A stretch of 64,000 nucleotides of DNA, taken from the IMG/VR virus record IMGVR_UViG_3300029305_011823; one strand, given 5' to 3'. How positions within the stretch are numbered: position 1 is the first letter of the stretch; every line of letters begins with the position of its first letter. This DNA comes from a virus. Lineage: Duplodnaviria > Caudoviricetes. This document shows, piece after piece, positions 59,636-64,000 of the stretch. The notes below the pieces were generated by a model. That model saw only the letters and a program-made list of their open reading frames with translations. It did not search any database and was not told the DNA's origin. The position numbers and the translations under genes were made by a program.

Positions 59636-59669
59636 TATAATATATAATTGAAATATAACCTTTTTACAC
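59636..59669 (-). promoter_or_regulatory. Early-type promoter for the sigma-like subunit
   Basis: GTGTAAAAAGGTTATATTTCAATTATATATTATA. Confidence 0.75.
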
Positions 59670-59674
59670 ACTAG

Positions 59675-60439
59675 TCATTTTTTCTTTTTTATCGGTTGTA
59701 TTTTCTTATTGCTCTTTATAGGTTTGGTTTTTTTAACTGTATTCACATTTTGTTTAACTCCATCTTTATATTGAGATAATACTTCAGATTTTCTTTCTTT
59801 AGTTTTCTTATCAACTTTAACTTTATTGGCTCTTTTTTCAGCTCTTCTTACTTTATCAGCTCTTTTATATTCTTCTTCTATAACATTCATATGTCTTATA
59901 GATTTAAGAATAGCTGGTGTAAGTTTTTGTCCGTATGTGTCAACATATGATTTTAATAATACTTTTTTATCATCCATTATATATTTACACGCAAAATAAA
60001 TAGACTTCTCATATCCAAAAGTTAAACCAGGGTTTTTACTAACTGGTGGATATTTTAAAACTGCTGGTTCATATCTATCAGCAAGTTCTTTAATTAAATA
60101 ACCATTTATGTTAGCAACATAAGCATACCCATATGTAAAACTAGGACAATTTGAGAAGAACTCTATTTGATATTGTCTATACGATTGATCAAATTTATCA
60201 TTTTTTTCTGTTTGTTTAAATTTAATAATTATATCATAAGAACAGTCACGTTCTTTATTCTCTGATGGTATTATTAAGTGATAATACGCATCAGTTTCTG
60301 TTGTATAAATATTCATCGTAATTTCTTTATGTTTTTGAAGAACTTCCAGTCTATAATCTAAGTTCATCAGAATATTATCCCTTCCAGGAATAATAGCCCC
60401 TTTACCTACTGGATTCTTTAAGAATTCATCGATTTTCAT
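59675..60439 (-). CDS. Hypothetical protein with basic C-terminal tail
   Basis: Start MKIDEFL after GGGAGGG; late promoter at 60474-60485. Confidence 0.75.
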   Translation of the reverse strand: MKIDEFLKNPVGKGAIIPGRDNILMNLDYRLEVLQKHKEITMNIYTTETDAYYHLIIPSENKERDCSYDIIIKFKQTEKNDKFDQSYRQYQIEFFSNCPSFTYGYAYVANINGYLIKELADRYEPAVLKYPPVSKNPGLTFGYEKSIYFACKYIMDDKKVLLKSYVDTYGQKLTPAILKSIRHMNVIEEEYKRADKVRRAEKRANKVKVDKKTKERKSEVLSQYKDGVKQNVNTVKKTKPIKSNKKIQPIKKKK

Positions 60440-60541
60440 ATTTATCCCTCCCTTCATGTTATAAAACAAAACTTAAAAGTATGTTCTACATGAAATGAAA
60501 AATAATTAAGAGAATAACAACTAGTGTTATTCTCTTTTTAA

Positions 60542-62365
60542 TTAGAATCTTACAGCAACATATTGATTACTACTTAATAATAATCCAACTATTCCAGCTG
60601 TAGCTCTTAATACTTCTATATCAGTTTTACAACTATTTATTATTGTATCATCTAAATGTAATTCTTTTATTATAGCTTCAGGAGCTACTAATTCATCTAT
60701 ATCTTTTATTTTTAATACTTTTTCTAATTTATGAATTAATCTTTGGAATATATTTCCGTCTATCTTACTTATATCATCAACACCTATTAATTCAACAAAT
60801 TGTATTTCAGTTCTTTCTATATCTATAACTGCTTGTGCATCTATAGATTCTTTTAACAATTTATTCATTATATGTTGAGGTATTTTTTCTTTAAATTTGT
60901 TTTCTAATAATATTCTAGTTACATTTTTATATGCTACACTTATAGCATCTAAGAATAATAATCCTACAGGACTATCTATATATCTTTCATCTTGTCTTAA
61001 TTCTTGTATTGCTGTTTGTATACCAATTGTCTGTCCAGGAGTTACACCAAATAAATAAGCAGATTCACAAGCTTTAACAGCATCTTCTACTAAATCATAG
61101 TTAGCTTGTTTTGCTAATTCTGTACTTCCTCCTACATTGATTATACCCATATTACCTTTTAATTTAGACATTCTTTGTTTAGCATTAACTAATGCTTCTG
61201 TTATTGTACTAGAATTTTCAGCAGCTTGATGCAAATCTTGATATTTAGATATAGCATCCTTTTCTAATATAGAAAGCATTCCTTCATCTTTATGATTAAA
61301 TCCAGTTGCAAATGTAGATTGTTCTCCTATATCCATTTCTTCAACTTCACCGATATATTCTTCTGCATTAAATTCCATGTCGCCTTTTAATACGTCTAAT
61401 GCAACACTTTCATTTACTATTGTACAACCACAAAGAGCAGCGAAATCATTAAATAAATCTGTTCTATGCTCATCCATTAAAGATGCTCTTGTATATACAA
61501 CTGTAGAAGTTTTAGTTGCTTTAAACTCAAGAGTTAATTCTCTTGCAAATCTTTGTAATAAGAATGAATCATAATAAGGTGCTATTACAACTAATCTTTG
61601 TCCTCTATTAATTGCAACTCTCATTGCTGGTTGTATTATCTTTTCAAAATAATCTTGTTCAAGATTATGATTTATCATAAGAACTAACGGTTTCTTAACA
61701 TGACAAGTTCCATTATCATTGTTAATGAATATTCTGTCAATATATGTCATAAATTGTAATTTGTATCCTTTTAACACTTCGTATGTTGTTCCATTTGATT
61801 TAGATTTATTAAACTCTATAGCAGGGTTTCCTGTTTCTTTATATATGGTTCTTATCATTTCTGCAATACTTCTATCACCATTAGTTGATACTAATGCTAG
61901 TTTATATATCTCTTCTAAATCACCATCTTTATTTATAGGAACAGCTATCTCTTGTATTTTATCACATATGTCTTCAACAACTTCTTCTAATGTATCTAAA
62001 AGTTGTTTTGGTCTTAAATTAGTTTTTTTAGCTATTTCATCAATTTGATTTAATAATTGATTAGCTCCAACTACTGATGTAGTAGAACCATCACCAACTC
62101 TCATAACTACTTGGTGTGCTATTTTAACTATAAGACCTAATAATGTATTTTGTACTTCATCCATATAAGCTAATTTTTTCAATACTTGCCATCCATCTTT
62201 AGATAACATTACATCTCCGACTTTATCTAAAACAGATGTTGCTCCATATGGTCCAAGAGTTTTACTTAATGTATTTGAAACATCTTCAAATAATAAGTTA
62301 ATTCTTAATCTATACTCTTCCTCTGTAATTACGTTATTATTCATGTTTATTTTTGATTTATCCAT
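60542..62365 (-). CDS. groEL: Phage chaperonin (GroEL/Cpn60-like)
   Basis: TLGPYG, SKDG, VGDGSTTS, VGGSTE, VEDAVKA, GVTPG; late promoter at 62402-62413. Confidence 0.93.
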   Translation of the reverse strand: MDKSKINMNNNVITEEEYRLRINLLFEDVSNTLSKTLGPYGATSVLDKVGDVMLSKDGWQVLKKLAYMDEVQNTLLGLIVKIAHQVVMRVGDGSTTSVVGANQLLNQIDEIAKKTNLRPKQLLDTLEEVVEDICDKIQEIAVPINKDGDLEEIYKLALVSTNGDRSIAEMIRTIYKETGNPAIEFNKSKSNGTTYEVLKGYKLQFMTYIDRIFINNDNGTCHVKKPLVLMINHNLEQDYFEKIIQPAMRVAINRGQRLVVIAPYYDSFLLQRFARELTLEFKATKTSTVVYTRASLMDEHRTDLFNDFAALCGCTIVNESVALDVLKGDMEFNAEEYIGEVEEMDIGEQSTFATGFNHKDEGMLSILEKDAISKYQDLHQAAENSSTITEALVNAKQRMSKLKGNMGIINVGGSTELAKQANYDLVEDAVKACESAYLFGVTPGQTIGIQTAIQELRQDERYIDSPVGLLFLDAISVAYKNVTRILLENKFKEKIPQHIMNKLLKESIDAQAVIDIERTEIQFVELIGVDDISKIDGNIFQRLIHKLEKVLKIKDIDELVAPEAIIKELHLDDTIINSCKTDIEVLRATAGIVGLLLSSNQYVAVRF

Positions 62366-62426
62366 AATTCCAATTACCTCCTTAAAATTTAAAATACTAT
62401 ATATAGATTTGTTATGGGGTTGATTT

Positions 62427-63182
62427 CTAATCAAATTCACTTCGGTCTAACTGTGTAAAATGTTCATTTCTTAATGTAACTACAGGAGTTACACCTATTT
62501 TAAATACATTATCTTTAATAATATTTTCATCTAATCCTTTTAATTTCAAACCAAGATCTTCATCCAATTCGTAGTTACAACCCAATTCACCTAATAATAT
62601 TTCCGTATATCCTATAAGTTTATGTTCTATCAATTGATGTACATAATTTATATCATTTAAAACATAACAAGTTGGTCTATTAGGTACACACATAACAGCA
62701 TTAATAAAATCTCCTGTAAGATATTTTATCTTATGCTCAAATTCTTTAAAATAAACATTACAATCTATAATTACTTGCTCTGCAGGTTCTTCTACATAAA
62801 TATAGAATTCTTTTATTCTCTCTTGTGGTAATATTGTATTTAATTTAGAACCAAATTCACTAAATCTTGAATGTGTATACATATGCGTCATTTCTTCATT
62901 AAACGCTTTTAATAATAGATCACAAGTTTCATCTGAACATTCAGGTTTCTTAATATATTTAAGAGGATTGATATCTAATCGTTCTACTGAAATTCTTTCT
63001 AGATTATAAATATCAAAATCTTTAATCTTATCCAATTCTAATAAATCTTTTAGTTCATCATAATATTCTCTAACTAAATCATATAATAAAACAGGATAAG
63101 TTAATTTTATCATATCCTTATATGTGATGAACATATAATGGTCTCTTGTACCAAAATAGTTTACGTCACCCATTTTTATCAC
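62427..63182 (-). CDS. Hypothetical protein
   Basis: 251-aa ORF with RBS AAGGAG. Confidence 0.7.
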   Translation of the reverse strand: MIKMGDVNYFGTRDHYMFITYKDMIKLTYPVLLYDLVREYYDELKDLLELDKIKDFDIYNLERISVERLDINPLKYIKKPECSDETCDLLLKAFNEEMTHMYTHSRFSEFGSKLNTILPQERIKEFYIYVEEPAEQVIIDCNVYFKEFEHKIKYLTGDFINAVMCVPNRPTCYVLNDINYVHQLIEHKLIGYTEILLGELGCNYELDEDLGLKLKGLDENIIKDNVFKIGVTPVVTLRNEHFTQLDRSEFD

Positions 63183-63195
63183 TCCTTAATAAAAA

Positions 63196-63222
63196 AAGAA
63201 TGACGATTAATCGTCATTCTTT
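63196..63222 (-). terminator. Terminator hairpin
   Basis: AAAGAATGACGAT/TCGTCATTCTTT with T tract on the minus strand. Confidence 0.8.
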
Positions 63223-63226
63223 ATAA

Positions 63227-64000
63227 TTAGAATATATCGTTTAAATCATCCAAACTTGTTGTTTGAACTGATTCAGGTTTATTATAATTTGCTGTTGAGA
63301 ATGTTGCTTTATTATAACTTCCTGTGAAGTTACCTGAATCTAAAGCACCAACTTTATTTCCTATTTTTGTTACTTTATCCATTAAACTATTTCTATAGAA
63401 TTTATCATTAAATCTATCAGAATGAACATCACCTTGCATAGATATTCTTATAAATTCTCTTAAAGCTTCTTTAAATAATTCATATTCAGTTTGATATATT
63501 TTTATGTCTTCTATTTCTCCTGTTTGTACATTATACCCTTCTATCACCTCTTCATCTTTTATAAATGTATAAGAGAATCTTTGAGCTGGTAGTTTACTTT
63601 GTGGATTTAAATCTCTACAAACATGACATATGACATCTAAACTTCCTTCTCTTTTCTTAGCTTCTATAACTATCGCATTTGTTGCATTAGCTGTTCCTAA
63701 TACTATTGCTACAGATGCTTCTTTATCTTCTTCTATAGCTTTATCTATAATTAATTCTAAAGCTTTTAATAATGATTGAGCTTTATCAACTCTTAATGTA
63801 ACCATTATTTTCTGCTCATAATCATAAACTTGTTTTTCTGTAGGATTCTTTAATTGAGGATGAAGCATAATATTTAACTTGTCATCCCAATATTGAACAA
63901 CCAATGTTGAAGCTTCAAATCCTAATCTATTCTTCATTTGAATTCCTCTTGTATTTACAGATTCATTCTTTTGGTTATTTTTATTATAATTTTCAAACAT
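63227..64000 (-). CDS. Hypothetical protein, possibly ssDNA-binding
   Basis: Beta-rich core and acidic/aromatic tail LDDLNDIF; start lies at the window edge. Confidence 0.55.
   Translation of the reverse strand: MFENYNKNNQKNESVNTRGIQMKNRLGFEASTLVVQYWDDKLNIMLHPQLKNPTEKQVYDYEQKIMVTLRVDKAQSLLKALELIIDKAIEEDKEASVAIVLGTANATNAIVIEAKKREGSLDVICHVCRDLNPQSKLPAQRFSYTFIKDEEVIEGYNVQTGEIEDIKIYQTEYELFKEALREFIRISMQGDVHSDRFNDKFYRNSLMDKVTKIGNKVGALDSGNFTGSYNKATFSTANYNKPESVQTTSLDDLNDIF

Noticed and set aside
1-64000. Stop-codon reassignment, as seen in some gut jumbo phages
   Set aside because: Long genes are intact in the standard code and TAA, TAG and TGA all end genes; the breaks are explained by introns or frameshifts
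1-64000. CRISPR array, tRNA or rRNA genes
   Set aside because: No regularly spaced repeats or cloverleaf seen by eye; GGTTCG at about 40552 lacks tRNA context. tRNAscan-SE was not run.

Overview
A 64-kb, very AT-rich segment of a jumbo myophage of the AR9/PBS1 (phiKZ-related) lineage. Its host-derived genes and Gram-positive cell-wall hydrolases suggest a Clostridia-type host. It encodes a multisubunit RNA polymerase beta'-N subunit and a class II ribonucleotide reductase, each split by a group I intron carrying an HNH endonuclease. Other genes: an AR9 gp226-like promoter-specificity subunit, a GroEL-like chaperonin, primase, RusA, a FEN/RNase H-like nuclease, uridine kinase, an M18 aminopeptidase, an ATLF/PPEP-like metalloprotease, a 4002-aa tape-measure protein with five C-terminal hydrolase domains, baseplate proteins and many head proteins rich in [ILVM]xE-[S/A] motifs. 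Two promoter classes can be read from the intergenic DNA: 20 copies of AACA-N6-TA plus 4 TACA variants (the AR9 late promoter, uracil-dependent in AR9), and 6 copies of TTTCAAT-NN-TATATTATA (early class). Together these predict a two-RNAP cascade and possibly dU-containing DNA. The least-explained elements are short, promoter-driven, ORF-less transcription units (40433-40361 and 55261-55335), the first complementary to ribosome-binding sites of distant phage genes; a structured RNA at about 40475-40604; a 1133-aa putative head-packaged nuclease/kinase/ART-like polyprotein; and two frameshift sites. All homology calls come from motif recognition and memory, not database searches.
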